A DNA stretch of 64,000 nt from the NCBI GenBank assembly GCA_013239625.1, contig MU053933.1, positions 2,905,817 through 2,969,816 of the forward strand. Direction: 5' to 3'. Of this stretch, positions 44,221 through 56,972 are shown piece by piece. Position numbers and translations under genes: made by a program. Position 1 is the first letter of the stretch, and the number at the start of each line of letters is the position of its first letter. Origin of the DNA: Lama guanicoe (taxonomy: Eukaryota). The notes below the pieces were generated by a model that did no database searches, was not told the DNA's origin, and was given only the letters and a program-made list of their open reading frames with translations.

Positions 44221-46589
44221 GGGGGCTCCCTGCCTAATGTCCCTGGGCACGGCCGGCTTGCCCCACCGGCCACACCTCCTTGAAGCTGCTGCTTGGCCCC
44301 CTTGTGAATTGCTTGCTTTATCAATGTCCATAACGAGGAAGCGAGAGCAAGGTCAGCTTCCTGATGGAGAGTCCGAGGGGCAGCTGACCCTGTGAACCAT
44401 GGGGCAGGGGCGACTAGCCAGGCCCCTGAGGCTGGAGGGGACGGATGGGGACGCCACGTGGCCCCGAGTCAGATCGGCCACCTTGGCAAGTGCAGCGGCG
44501 CCGTCTCTGTCGTGCTGCTTAACCCCAGGCGGCCCCGTGCCTGTTTCTGCAGCCGTCTGGGGCCCCGAGGGGCTCCTCACAAGGGCCTTAGTCATTGGCT
44601 GGAGGCGTTCACTCACCGTCCCCTGCTGCCTTCCTCCCACTCAGCCCTGAGCTCTGGGCCGAGAGCCGCGTCTTCAGGGCATCTGATCTACACATGGGCC
44701 ACGTCCCACCCCCAACCCCAAGATGCGTGGACAGGACCCGGGTCCCTTCCCACGTGGCACCACTGCCGTCCCACTCAGGCCCCCTCATAGGCTGCAGTTC
44801 AAGGAGGGGCCCTGGGGCCCAGGGCAGGGCCCTTGTGCCCCTGGGCGGGGCCCTCGTGCGGACTCGGCCTCTGCAGCGTCACCCTCGACAAAGGCTCGTC
44901 TTCCAAGCTGGTCGGCAGCCCCGGGCCACCGCCAGGCTCAGCACGGGAAGGGCGAGTGTGAAGCCCCCTCTGGGTCTTCCTGCAGACCCCATGGGGTCGA
45001 TGGGCCTGCCCCATCCCAAGGGAGCACCTGGACCTGACCCGCCAGTCACACGGGGCTCAGCTTCAACGTCCACAACCCCTCGTGGAGGCCCTGTGTGCCT
45101 CCAGGGCGGGTGAGGGCACGACGGACAGGCTCAGATGTGCCCAGGCTCAAGCACAGCAGAGGGCTCCCCACGCCTGTGGCCCCAGACCGCTCCCTGCTGC
45201 TGGATGCCATCTTCCGCGTAGGGTTTGAGCCTCCACCTCGTACCCCATCCTCCCTGCAACTCAGGGGTGGGGGACCTGCAGGCCGCTCGGCTGCTCCTTA
45301 AGGCCTTGGCCGCGTGGCACATGCTCTCCTGCCATGTCCCACTGGGGAGACCAGGCTCCAGGCCACCTGCACGCAGGGTGGAGGGTGTCACAGCCAGAAG
45401 ACAGGGGACTGATGTGGTGGGGGACGGGGGAGAAGACAAGAGACACTGGGGTCTGGGAGTGAGGCGCCTGCTGAAGGAAGGAACAGAGGGAGCCGGTGGG
45501 GGCGTGGGGAGGGGAGATGTGCAGGAGGGGCCCCCAGGTGGGAACTATCAACACTTGTGGGGGACGCGCCCACGCCCCACCCGCGCCAATGTAGACAGAA
45601 TCTGAGCCCAGGTATGGGTGTTGCTTGTGAGACCAGGGTGGGCGCCTCCTTCCTTAAACCGAGGCGGCTTGATCTCTCCTGCAGCGAGGCGCTGTTTGTG
45701 GAAGCAGGCGTGAGGGGCCTGGTTGGTTTACGAACACTGGTCGAGGATTGCCTGGGTCCCAATCCGGCCACAGAGCTCGGGCCCGAGGGGGATGGGCTGC
45801 GAGAATTCTCGGGGACAAAGAGGTTTTTAAAAAGTGGTGCAGAAAGTTCACTCAAGCTTCTTCTCTACAGTTTTTGTGTTTTGGCGATTTTCATAATAAA
45901 CAGATCGGTGTCTAAAAACTGTTTATTCTTTCCATTGGAAATAGACTTGGAGCGATTAATTCTACCACCAATTTGATTTGACTCAGCAATTGGGAAACCA
46001 ACGGGAAACCTTTAGCAAGGAGAATTAGCTAATCAGACTTTTGAACGGATTTTCTTTTTTATTTCCTTCTTTTTTTCAAATTGGTACAAAACTAAAAGCA
46101 TTTAAACCCAGCAAAGGGAATGAATTAGATGCAGGTCTCTGTCTGCCCCTCCCACACAGACTTCAGATCTCTCCCCACTATCGTGACCACGTGCGACCTT
46201 TCGGAAACGCATAGCATCGGGTATGGGCGTGGGCACGTGTCGCTCCCACACATCCGTGAGATGGCGCCGTGCGAGGCTGTCTGCGTCTTGGCAGTCTGGA
46301 TGAGTGATGTGCTGAAGAGCCCCCCCCTCACACCCCCCAGCCTGTGGCTGCTCTCGTCTTGTTGAACAAGGTGCATAAATCTTCCCTTATGATTGTGGTC
46401 TTAGGATTCTGTCAATGTTCGCACACGCCACACCCGCACTCACGTGCAAACCCTCCTGCACGCACAGAGCACACGCACGTGCACACCCCCAGACGTGCTT
46501 CCCACCTGCACCTCCCCGTGCACACACCCTCGAACACACACACACCGACACCTGGTACACAGCCCATGCACACCTGCACACACGTACCA

Positions 46590-46905
46590 GATGTGTTTAC
46601 ACAGGTGTGGCAGGGCTGCCCTCCCTCCAGAGGCTCCAGGGAGGGTCCTTCCTGCCTCTCCTGGCTTCTGGTGCCGCCGGCGCTGCTGGGCTCCGGACTG
46701 CCTCACCGCAGCCTCTGCTGCCACCTTCACGTGACCTTCCCTGGTGTCTATGTCTGTGTCTGTGTCCAGATTCCCTCTGCTTATCAGGACGGTCTCCTTC
46801 AGTGCGACCCCATCATATCTTGATGACATCTGCAAAGATCCTGTTTCCAAAAAAGGCCACATTCACAGGTCTGGGTGATCATGAACTTTGGGGCCACCAT
46901 TCATG
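46590..46905 (-). mobile_element. MaLR LTR (MLT1-like)
   Basis: ctccagaggctccagggagggtccttcctgcctctcctggcttctggtg...acatctgcaaagatcctgtttccaaaaaaggccacattcacaggt. Confidence 0.75.
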
Positions 46906-46923
46906 CCAGTACCCTTTCCGCCC

Positions 46924-47035
46924 ACACACACACACACACACACACTCTGACACCTCTGCCATGCAAACCCCGCACACAGACACGCCCCCATACACATGCA
47001 TACACCCCCAACACATGCACACTGCACCCCACACC
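46924..47035. repeat. (CA)n plus CA-rich low-complexity tract
   Basis: Perfect CA run at 46924-46945 followed by degenerate CA-rich sequence. Confidence 0.85.
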
Positions 47036-50000
47036 CCCAGGGACCCTCCCTGCTCCATCTGCATCCCCTCGTCTTCCCACGCGGCGCCCACCTCCCGACC
47101 GGGCACCTCGCCGTGGCCTTCCCCCATCCCAACCTGAGCCGAGTGGCTGTGGGGCTTGCGCCCTGGCTCCAGCACTGCCTGCACAGCTGCTGGCTGCTGG
47201 ACCCTGCTGTCCTGGCAGCAAGGCCGCCTGCAGCCAGGCCCCTCCATCCAGAGGGCCCCTGGCTGTGCGGGGCTCCCCTCCCCACTGCCTCGGCCGGGCC
47301 TTTTCACCTGTGGTCCCGGGTCCCGGTTCCCGTTAGGGACTCCTTTTGCATTTTCTCCCCTAGGAGACCTCAGCCAGGAGCCAGGACACTCAAGGGCCTG
47401 CGTAACCCTGGCCCCACGCTGGGCTGCAGACCTTCCCTGACATCTGTTCTCCTGGGGGAGGGGTTTGTACATGAAACGAAGCGTCTGTGTGAGCAGCAGA
47501 GTGAGTGTTTACACCGGGCGGGAACTTTGAAAACCCAAGCTCATGCATGCGATGGGCTGCGCACCTTCCTGTCCCTCTGGGTGGCCAAGACTGTCAAGGA
47601 CAGCCCGCTGCATGGTCGCTGGGGTGGAGCGGAGGAAGCGTGGGACCCAGCCCGAGGGGCTGCGGTCTTTTAAGGAAATACCTCTAAACACGCAGCCTCG
47701 TTTGTTAAGACTTCTTTGCAAGTGTCGGGAGAACGGAGCACAGTCAAAATACCGTAAACTCGAAGCACCTGATCTTGTTGCGCGTCTCCCAGAAAACACG
47801 GCCACGGCTAAGGCGCCCCCCACCCAGGCCAGCGTCGTCTCCCTGAGGTCACGCGTGCGTCTGCCCCTGCACGCCCGTCGCAGGCGCCACGAGCTCGTGT
47901 CCTCCTGGCTGTCCGGAAGGGCGAGAAGTAGCCCCGACTCCCGAGGGGGTGCGACAAGTGCCGTCGTGCGGGCTTTGGACACTTCTCGGCCACCGCCGAG
48001 AGCCGCGGTGTCACAGTCCACTCTGTACACAAACCCCAGCAACCCCCGTCTCACCCCGTCGTGGCACCAGCGCAAAGCCCCGGGTGCCACCATCTAAGCA
48101 AGTCCCAGTCCGTGCAGCGCCGCGCTGCCTCCAGGAAGGTGTTTCCTCAGGCGCACCCCTCTTGCCCTTGAGAGCGATGAACTCAAGTGTCCTCCTCTGA
48201 GCATAGGTTCTCCAGGACACCCGGTGCAGCGTGGGGGTCTCTGTCTGGACCCCGGCCTTGCCCAGGCCGCAGGCCCCCCTCCCCCACTAGGACCTCCTCT
48301 AATCGGGGCTGTAGGTCACAAGGGCCCTCTGACCCTGCAGCTGTCTCACGGAGTTGCTTCTGGATTCTCACAGCTTCCTTGCCCACGGCCAGCTCAGCCA
48401 TGCTTTAAAAATATTGTGACACACATTTGCCAAGACGTCTATGCTCCGTACGGGAGGGGTCTCGGGAGGGCAGAACAGGCACTTGCTTCCCTTCCCACTC
48501 GCCCCTGGAGGAGATGCAGAGGGAGGGGGCGCTTACCGCCCTGGAGAAGGAGCAGCCGCTGGGGAGACCGCCTGACTTTCCACAGCTGCTCTCTGCCCGT
48601 TTCCCGCGTAGGGAAGGCGGGGCTCACAAGGCTGGACATCCAGCCGCGGTCACCGGACCCAGCACAGGGCTCAGCCAGGCCTTCCTGAAGTCCTGCTCTG
48701 TGGGCTGTGCCAGGCAGGTGGCAGCCGAGCCGAAAACCTAGCCAACCTGCTTTGGAGCCTCAGGGCTCCGTGCACGTTGCTCAGAGCCGGCGGTGCCCGG
48801 CCACACTGCCCACCCTTCCTTCACGGTGGTGACCACGGCCAGCTGGGAGGGATGGGGCTGGGGTGGGACCCTGGCCTCCCAGCCTGCCTGCCTGCCCCAT
48901 TCTGGCGGGGCCCTCCCTGTCCTCTGGGGGCTGCAGCCCCTTCCGGGATGTCACGTTCTGGGGTCCAGGGACAAAGCCCACTCCCCTGCTTTGGAGCCCC
49001 CAGGAGCCCCCACTGGCCTTTTTAGTGGGGCTGGCAGGGATTTCTACAGAGACGGGGCAGAAATTGCCCTCCTTCCACCTGTCACCCCCGGCTGCAAGTG
49101 CAGTCTGGCACGTTGGCGTGGTCCGATCAAACACCCATTCCCCAGCGCTGCCAGGACGGCTGGACGGGGAGGCATAAAGTTCTGTGCTCCCGCCAGACTG
49201 AAAGCCATGCTGGGCCGGCAGGGAGGCTGTGCCTAGGTCCCCAGGGCCTCTGAGAGGAAGACTCCGGTTGGGGGAGCAGTGGGCAGTAGAGGCAGCCCCA
49301 GGGAGCCTCAGGCAGGAGAGGACCCACGACCGGGCTCCAGGGTAAGGGACAGAGCCCAGGCTGCCCTGTCCAGAGCCGGGGTCTTCTGCCTCCCCATCTC
49401 CCAGCTACCTACTGGGGTTGGACAGCCGCCCCCTCTGGCCCAGGACCTGCCTCTTCCCATAGCTCACAGCCCAGGGGTCTTCCCTGGGGGCTCTGGCACA
49501 GGGAGGACCATCTCGCTGATACTGTCCCTCCCTCTCTGCTGTCCCGGCTGCAGACCCTATGCCCTGACGGCTTTTCCCTCCCCTTGCTGGGAGCAGGAAG
49601 GAATCCACCCAGCTGCCCCCAGCTACCACTGCTTTGGGAGCAGGCCACCCACAGAGGACACCAGTAGGGTGAGTGCCTCTTCCCTGGGCCGGGTGCTGCC
49701 TGGCAGCCGAAGACGGGGCGGGGGCGGGGCTGGGGGACTCTGCTCCCTGCACTGTCTGTCTGGCAGGGGCAGGGGGGCAGGTCCAGGAGGGTCTCCAGCA
49801 GGTGGGCTGGGTCCAGTCCTTCACCATGACCTGCCTGAACACCTGCTGTCGGGGTGGGGGCTCCACATGCTGGGACAACAGTGAAAAAGCAGCCAGAGCC
49901 CTGCCTGGGCGGGGGGTGGGGGGCTCTGCTTCTACTGGCTGGAGGCGGCTACGGGCTTGCTGGGGGCTCTGGGGCTGGGGCAGAGGGCTCGCCAGGTCGG

Positions 50001-51045
50001 GGCCTGGGCAGAGGGCTCGCCAGGTCGGGGCTGGGAAAGGTCTCTGAGCAGGATGAGGTGTGAGCCATGGCCCCGGCGTGGCAGGGCCAGGGCGGCTGGA
50101 GTGGGCGCCCGGACACCTGGGGCCCATGGGCTCAGGGAGGACTCGGGCACTGACGAGGGTCTTGAGCAGGGGGGTCTCACCTGACTTCGGTTTTTGGGAG
50201 GATCTTCCTGGTGGCTGTGCTGAGGGCAGACTGTAGGGTGACGGGGGTGCCCGGGGGGACCATTACTAGGCTCTGGGAATAATCCAGAAACCTAAAGGGC
50301 TTGGACCAGGGCTGTGGCTAAAGGCTCTGTGGGGGCTGGGGTGGAGTGTGGAAGTGCTTTGAAGACGAGCCAAAGGGCACCCTGACGGGCTCGGTTCTGG
50401 TGCGAGGGAGAAAGAGCTCTGCTGGAGGATGGCCCTCCGTGGGCCGGGTCTCCGGAGGCGCGTGGAGTCAAGTGTCTGCAGGGTCCTGAAGACCCAGACA
50501 GACACGCGTCCAGGAGGGAGGAGGAGTCCGCTCTCAGCTGGCAGAAAGGCCCAGACGGGCTGTATTTATACAGAAGAGCCCTTAGACAGAGCCACCTCCT
50601 CCCTCCCTCCCTCCCTCCCTTGGTGTCCTGTGCTCTGTCTCTCTCTGTGGTGGCCTAGCAGTGACCCAGGGACCCCAGAGGCCCACTGGGTCCCTTCCAC
50701 GTTCAGGTCTGGTTGGCTCCGGTTGGTGACTGGGGGGCCGGCCAGGAGCCCACATCGTGCCCTGGGTCAGCTGCCACCAGCCGGCCTGTCCTCCTCACAC
50801 CATTTAGGGCCCTGATGTGGAGACACCGGCCCACCCGGCCTCCCAGTCCCTGAACTTCTGGGCCCCAGGGGAGGCCAGCCTTTCTTCTGGGTGTGTCCTT
50901 ATTCACCACGCTGCTTGGAGAAGTCTGGGCCCTGCTCTCCACTGCTGACCTCCAGACGTCCGGGTGGGAACCCAGCAGGCACACCCCTGCCCCCCGCAGC
51001 TGTGCTTTCTGCTTTCAGCATTTGTCCTGGAGAAACATTTGCACT

Positions 51046-51292
51046 CATGCACACGCACACGCAGACGCAGAGGGGCTCACACACGCACACACAGAGGGGC
51101 TCACACACGCACACGCACACGCAGAGAGGCTCACACACGCACACACACGCAGAGGGGCTCACACGCACACACACACGCAGAGGGGCTCACACGCACACGC
51201 ACACGCAGAGGGGCTCACACACGCACACGCACACGCAGAGGGGCTCACACATGCACACACACGCAGAGGGGCTCACACACGCACACACACAG
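51046..51292. repeat. Minisatellite, 8 units of 24-30 nt (GCAGAGGGGCTCACACACGCACACGCACAC)
   Basis: The core cagaggggctcac recurs near 51067, 51091, 51121, 51149, 51177, 51205, 51235 and 51263, with variable CA/CG spacers. Confidence 0.95.
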
Positions 51293-52390
51293 GTATACCC
51301 AAGGGTGCTAGTTACCACAGCGCTTGAAATAGTGAGGGAAAGGAGTCCGGGAACCTTACCTTTCACGTCCAAGCCAGCCTTGACACACTTGTGGCCACAA
51401 ACGAAGCCCAACGAAGCCCCTCACGGCGGGGAGGGGTGCGGCCACCACTTGCGGGATCCGTTCCACGGCAAAAGAACATCATTAGCAAATTTACTTGTGA
51501 AGAAGGTTGCAAAATCTAAAATTACAAAAGTGGCTGCATGAACCTGACAATGAATTAAAAACTGACACCCGCGATCAGATGGGCTGGTCCCAGGAGCGTG
51601 GGGTGACTTTGCCACAGGAGCGTTGGCTCGCACGGCCGCTGGCCTGCAGGGCTGCGCCGGGTGTGACGCGTGGTCCAGCTGCCTTCCCGCCGAGGGGAGC
51701 TGCTTCTGCGTTGGCGAGGTGGCTGTTTACTCGAGCGCTCTCTGCCCGTCCATCTGCTGTCACGGGCGACGTCTCGAGTGCTCTGCTTAGCTGGGTGATT
51801 CCTGCCTCTGATGCTGCGGCTTTTGCTTCCTGCACTTAGAGACTGTGAGCAAGGGTCAGGGGACCGGGAGCCACCGTTCCTGGGCTGTGCGGTCCCTTCT
51901 GGCCGAACTGTGGGGGCAGCTTCAGTGGGCCTGATCCGCTCCTGGAGACCCAGCCCCAGGGACTTCTGGGCAGAGGTGGATAGTGCAGGGCAGGAGTGGG
52001 GGTCCACATCCAGCTGTCCCCTCCCGAGGCACAGGGGGGGTGCCCACAGCTCTCCCCTTTAGCGCAGAGCATGGGCACTTCAGCCCACCTGGGCAGATGC
52101 CCCCAGGCCCACAGGGACTAGAGGCCCTGGCAGATACTCCAGAGCCAGACCAGTGAGCCCCAATCTGGGGAGACCCCCAGGCGCTGGCTGGGCCGAGTGG
52201 GCACAGGCTGGGGTCTGTACAGCAGACCCGGGTCGCACCCCCGGCCTGCCCTGGACTCGGGGAACCCGCAGGCGGGGGGTCAGGGCAGCGGTCCAGGTGA
52301 GCCCTCAGATGGCTCGTCGCCCCGGGTTCTTCTTCCGAGCTGCAAGTGCTCACTTAATTTCATTTCCAGTCTTTAAAAACACAAGCCCCT

Positions 52391-52502
52391 GGGGGGAAGG
52401 TGTAGCTCAAGTGGTAGAGCACATGCTTGGCATGCACAAGGTCCTGGGTTTAGTCCCCAGTACCTCCTCTAAAAGTAAATAAAGACCTCCCCCCACCAAA
52501 AT
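52391..52502 (+). mobile_element. tRNA-Ala-derived SINE (Vic-1-like), best-preserved head
   Basis: ggggggaaggtgtagctcaagtggtagagcacatgcttggcatgcacaaggtcctgggtttagtccccagtacctcc plus tail; TSD aaaaacacaagcccct / aaaaacacaaaaccct. Confidence 0.9.
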
Positions 52503-55179
52503 AAAAACACAAAACCCTGACAGGAGGGGTCATGCTGATTCGGGCGGAGGCAGCCACATCCTGCTCTGAAAGGACACGTGTGCATCTCTTCTGCGGCCCC
52601 TCCCTGGGGACAGGGCCTGTGAAATGTTTAAGGCACAAGTGAACAAAGCATCTGGCTGTGGACCGGGCCGGGAAGAGCCCGACGCCTGGAAAGCCTGTGT
52701 GAGACTGTGCAAGTCTGGAGGATACGCCGCTTTCTTGGCTGTTCCCGGACGTCTGTTAAGTGGGTCTGGTAATAACTCCTCCAGATGTAATTTGGGTCGG
52801 CTGCGCCTGGTGGCAACCTCCACGTGAGGGACCCTGTTGCTCACCCCATCTGCTGTCCCCAGGTCCCCCAGGCCCTCACAACTGGCCCACGCCGCCCCCT
52901 GCTGTTAGCACGTGGAAAGTGCGTCCAGAGCTCAGGCCAAAGTGTGAGAACCACGCAGCTCAGGATCCAGGGACCCAAATGTCGGGCTGCAGCGCTGATG
53001 TCCCCTTCTGTCTTCCAAGTTGATATCAAAATTTGGCTCAGTATCAGGGCCATGTCTTAACTCGTCGTTCCAAGTAAAGAAGCCCCAATTAGGGGGAAGT
53101 GAACAAAGTTTGGAAGACCAAACAGTGGGGTACTTTGCTTCTGGGGTGACTTCTGGCAAGGTGCAGGACGAGGCTGTGTGCCCATCCCCTTGTGGTCACG
53201 CGGTCATTAGCAGCACCTTGGCACAGAACACGTGGCACTGCGGGGCACTGCAGGTTAGGCAGAGCAGGCACTTCCAAGTCTCCCCGCTCCTGGCCGACGG
53301 CATCGCCCAGAGAACACTGCGGAGGCCTGGCTGGTGTAGGAGGGGCTCAGGGGAGTCCTGGGGACACAGCCCAGCCCCAGAACACAGGACTTGATAGGAA
53401 AGGTCGATCGCCCGAGGAAGCACACGAACTCCTGCGGAGGCCTGCGCACCTGAGGGCTCACAGGCTATGTCAGCTCTCAGTTCTGGGGAATCTGATCGTG
53501 TCTTGGTAGAATCCTCACTCCAGAACTTCTAGACCCAGCAGGGCCCAGGCTCCCAGGGCTGGGAACAGAACGGCCCGCGTGGGTCATCGGGCGAGAACTG
53601 CTGAGAGTCCCTGCCCATCGGGGCTTCTCCCAGCTGCTCCGCCTGAGTCTGGTGAACTGTTTCACCGTCCAATAAGCCCACCCGACTGGACAAACGGCAG
53701 CGGTTTGGCTGAATCCATCCCCTGCGTCAGAGTGTGCTCAGAACTGTCGCTGTGAGATGAGGTGTTGAAGGGGCTGAGTTGGGAGAAGCCTGAGCGGGTA
53801 AGGAGAGCCCTGCAGCCCCCTAGGATGAGGGGCCAGCGTGCCCAGTCTGAGAGGCGCTGAGGGTCAGCAGCTCCCACGAGCTGGCGCTGAGCTCCAGTCA
53901 TGGCCACACCTGCGTGGGACAGAGTGTCCACTGATGCCCCCGTGCGAGGCCCCTCCCTGTGGCCCTGGCCACCACTCAGGCTCCTTGGTGAGTCCTGGGA
54001 TGGCCGGGCAGGAGGCTGACTGAGTCACAGAGTGGCCACTCCCGCAGGGGGAGGGGGAATTCTCCCACTGGGCCCACCAGGTCTGGTGCTTCTTTCCCAG
54101 GTCCCCCCGTGGCCCCGTCCCCACCTGCAGGCCACTTCCCCTTTCTAGGCTCCCAGCAACTGCTTTTCCCCACCCTTTGTCCACCCGGCCTCACTGTCCC
54201 TTCACGCCAAGGTGATTTGAGGCGCAGCCGTGTTCCTGGGGGGTAGGGATTCTTTTCGAGTTCCCGGGGCACAGAAGAGGCTTAGGCTGCCGAGAACCCG
54301 CGGCTGGGATGACAAGAGCATCGTCGAGCAGCGTCAGGGAGAGGATGGTGCCCTGGCCACGTGCCCAGACGCGTGTGTGTGGGGGAGGCAGCCTCAGAGA
54401 CGGAAGTGCGTTTCTGGGTATGGATGGGGTGACCAAGGCTGCAGTGTCAGGCGGCCAGGGAGCAAATCTGAAGCTTAGCTAGACAGGGAAGACAGTTCAG
54501 CTCTTCTCGGACAGCTTTTAGCTGAGGACAAGTCGCACCAAGAGCATCAAATTCTAAGTAAGTCCAGAAGTGACGCAAATGCAGCCTGACCGAGGCTGTC
54601 TCCTGAAACGCACAAGGGCAAAGGTAAGCAGTGAGTCGGAGCCTTGAAAGCAGCGTGAAACCCTGGCAGTTTGGGTGCGTCCTGTCCTTTTCCAGGGAGT
54701 GAAGTCATGGCTTATTCACGGTCACCCTGCTCTCAGGAGGGACACTTTGTTCTTCGTTCACAGGGACAGACCCCCCACAGGCGTCACCACAGTGCTGGCC
54801 CAAGACCCCTCCTATGGGACGTGGGGACACAGAGGACCAGGCCCCTCCGGGACTCGAGCCTGATGCCTGGGGTCTGCAGGGCACAAGCAGCAGAGATTTT
54901 GCTCCACATTTGTACATTTAACCTTCCGTCGTGAGAGAGAAACTTGCCTTCACTGAAGTGTGAATGCGGACTGCGGGCCAGTGTCAGAGGGACCCACGTC
55001 CCACGAGGGGCCGGCCACATCCGCAGAGGTGGGCGGGGTCATGGGGCAGAGGCAGGCGGGCACCCTCCCCGGACCTTCTCTCGCGGCATGGTGTGTGGTG
55101 CTCTGCATTTCCCTGGGCTCTGGTCAGTGGAGTCACGCATCGTGCAGTGCAGCTCTTACTAAATTTCACTCACATCGCA

Positions 55180-55690
55180 GACAACCACGTTGAAGGGCAG
55201 CAGAGTGATACAAAACCTGGAAACAGTAAAAGAGGGGAAAAGTGTGATAAGGTAGGCATTTCACAAATGTTTAATCTGAGTCCTGGACAGGTGGGGAAAG
55301 CAGTGTGAGTCAAAGAAAGCGTCACAGAGACAACGGCTGAGAATTCCCTAAAACCGAGCACTGAAACACCATGCAGGAAAACAGAAAGGAAGTCTGGCCT
55401 GAGAACAACAAAATAAAGAACTGGAAATCATGGACAAAGAGAAAAAAATGAATGTGGAAGAAAGGATTTCCACGGCCCCTCCCCCAAAGAATTGATTAAA
55501 ATTTATCTCTGTACTTTGCACACAGAAGGACCATGACTCCAGGTGGGTGTTGGGGGAAGGCAACTGAAGACCACGAAGAGGAAAGATCGGGGTAAATCCA
55601 ATGGCCCTGGGTGCGTAAAACTACAGCAATAACCTCCATGGCTTGAAGAACATGCAGGACTGAAACAGCAAAGCACAGGACTGGACGGGG
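55180..55690 (+). mobile_element. Old L1 ORF1-region fragment
   Basis: tttaatctgagtcctggac...agagacaacggctgagaattccctaaaacc resembles the L1 ORF1 IGVPE...EIMAENFP region. Confidence 0.45.
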
Positions 55691-55699
55691 CGGGAGATA

Positions 55700-56972
55700 G
55701 GCCAGAAGTGGGCAGAGTGGTCTGAGATGCACCAGCGTCCGGCAGAGCTCAGCAGCTCCGGCCCAGCCCAGAAGAGCCGCCTAGCCAAGGCTCAGGGTTG
55801 TAGGCTGAGTGTGAGGTTGTTGATTCAAGCTTTTAAGTTTTGAGGTGGTTTGTTATGCAGCAAAGCTGACTGAGACAGAGTGCCTCCTTGGGCAAGCAGA
55901 GCTGGGGGTGATGAGGAATTTATTCCTGGAGGTTGGAAGCATGAAGCTGATGTCATGTAATTTCCAAATGACTGGAACCTATCTGTCGCCTGGGATGGCA
56001 GAAAATAATCTGACTGTGAGCCTCAGCAGGAGGCTTTACAGGAGGACTTAGAAAGTGTCCACTGGCAGCTTTTAGCTGCCTATGGTCGTGTACAAAAGAG
56101 AAACAGGAACTAAAGAATTGTTCAGTTTGCAGTCTTGCAGGGTGTCTAGCAAGGGCAGGGCTTGCTGGGTTTCACAGTGTGAGTGTCTCAGACATTCTCA
56201 AGATGATAACTGGCCTCAGGGTTAGTCCAGTCAAGGGGCAAGACCCCTCTGAAAGGCTGAAGGCAATGCTGGACTAAAGGACTCGTAAGGACGCAGCCCC
56301 ACAGATACGAGATCCCTCGCAGCAGTGGGAGCCGCCCCAGCGAGACTGGTGTGGCTGTGGGGGCAGACACAGGCTCTTTAGTTCTTCAGTCTTTGGCTGG
56401 AGAGGATAAAGGACTTGGAGCCTGAGGCCACCGTCGGAGGGACTGGGGATCCTGGGAAGGGCTGAGACTGTTTTACACATGGAGGATGGAGAGTCATTTG
56501 GGGCCAGAGGGTGGACCGTGGTGGATTTTGAGTGTGGCGGGAGATTCCTGCCTGCCTGTCTTCATGCTGGCTGAGTGTGTCTCTGGGTGCTCCTCAGTCC
56601 CTGTCCTCCACTGGAGACTTACTTTAACCAAGGGATGGTGGCCAGTGGGGTATGTGCAGAGATCTGAATGCATCTGCTCCCTGGCCTTGCTGTCTTGCTG
56701 TCCTCGAGCATCCTGAGGCTGCCACCACTGGGCCCCTGCAGCCCTGTGTCCTGCTGGTCCACCTGCCCATCCAGAATGTGAGGGAGGCATCACGGATCAC
56801 CCTGCCAACAGCCAACCCCCCAGCTGGCACAGACGCACAGAGGGGTCCCAGAGATCAACAGCCAGTCCAGCCCAGGACAGCCCCGCCAGGCCCACATTCA
56901 TGAGACAAACCCACTGCTCATGTTCTAAACCTGCAGGTTTGGGTGGTTTGTTACACAGCCAGTGCTGACTGA
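55700..56972 (+). mobile_element. MaLR (MLT1-like): LTR 3' end, internal remnant, second LTR
   Basis: Two MLT1-type termini (aagttttgaggtggtttgttatgcagcaaagctgactgagaca at ~55836-55878; aggtttgggtggtttgttacacagccagtgctgactgaaa at ~56935-56974) flank MLT-internal-like sequence. Confidence 0.55.

Noticed and set aside
47700..48150. CpG-rich patch as a possible third promoter or unknown gene start
   Set aside because: Short, with no convincing exon structure; similar CpG-rich patches here are explained by GC drift.
51046..51292. Repeat-spacer pattern resembling a CRISPR array, and His/Thr-rich ORFs
   Set aside because: The spacers are simple CA/CG repeats, there are no cas genes and the context is mammalian; the ORFs are translations of the minisatellite.
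52391..52467. tRNA-Ala-like gene
   Set aside because: Degenerate anticodon and B-box, a SINE tail, TSDs and multiple diverged copies indicate a SINE, not a functional tRNA.
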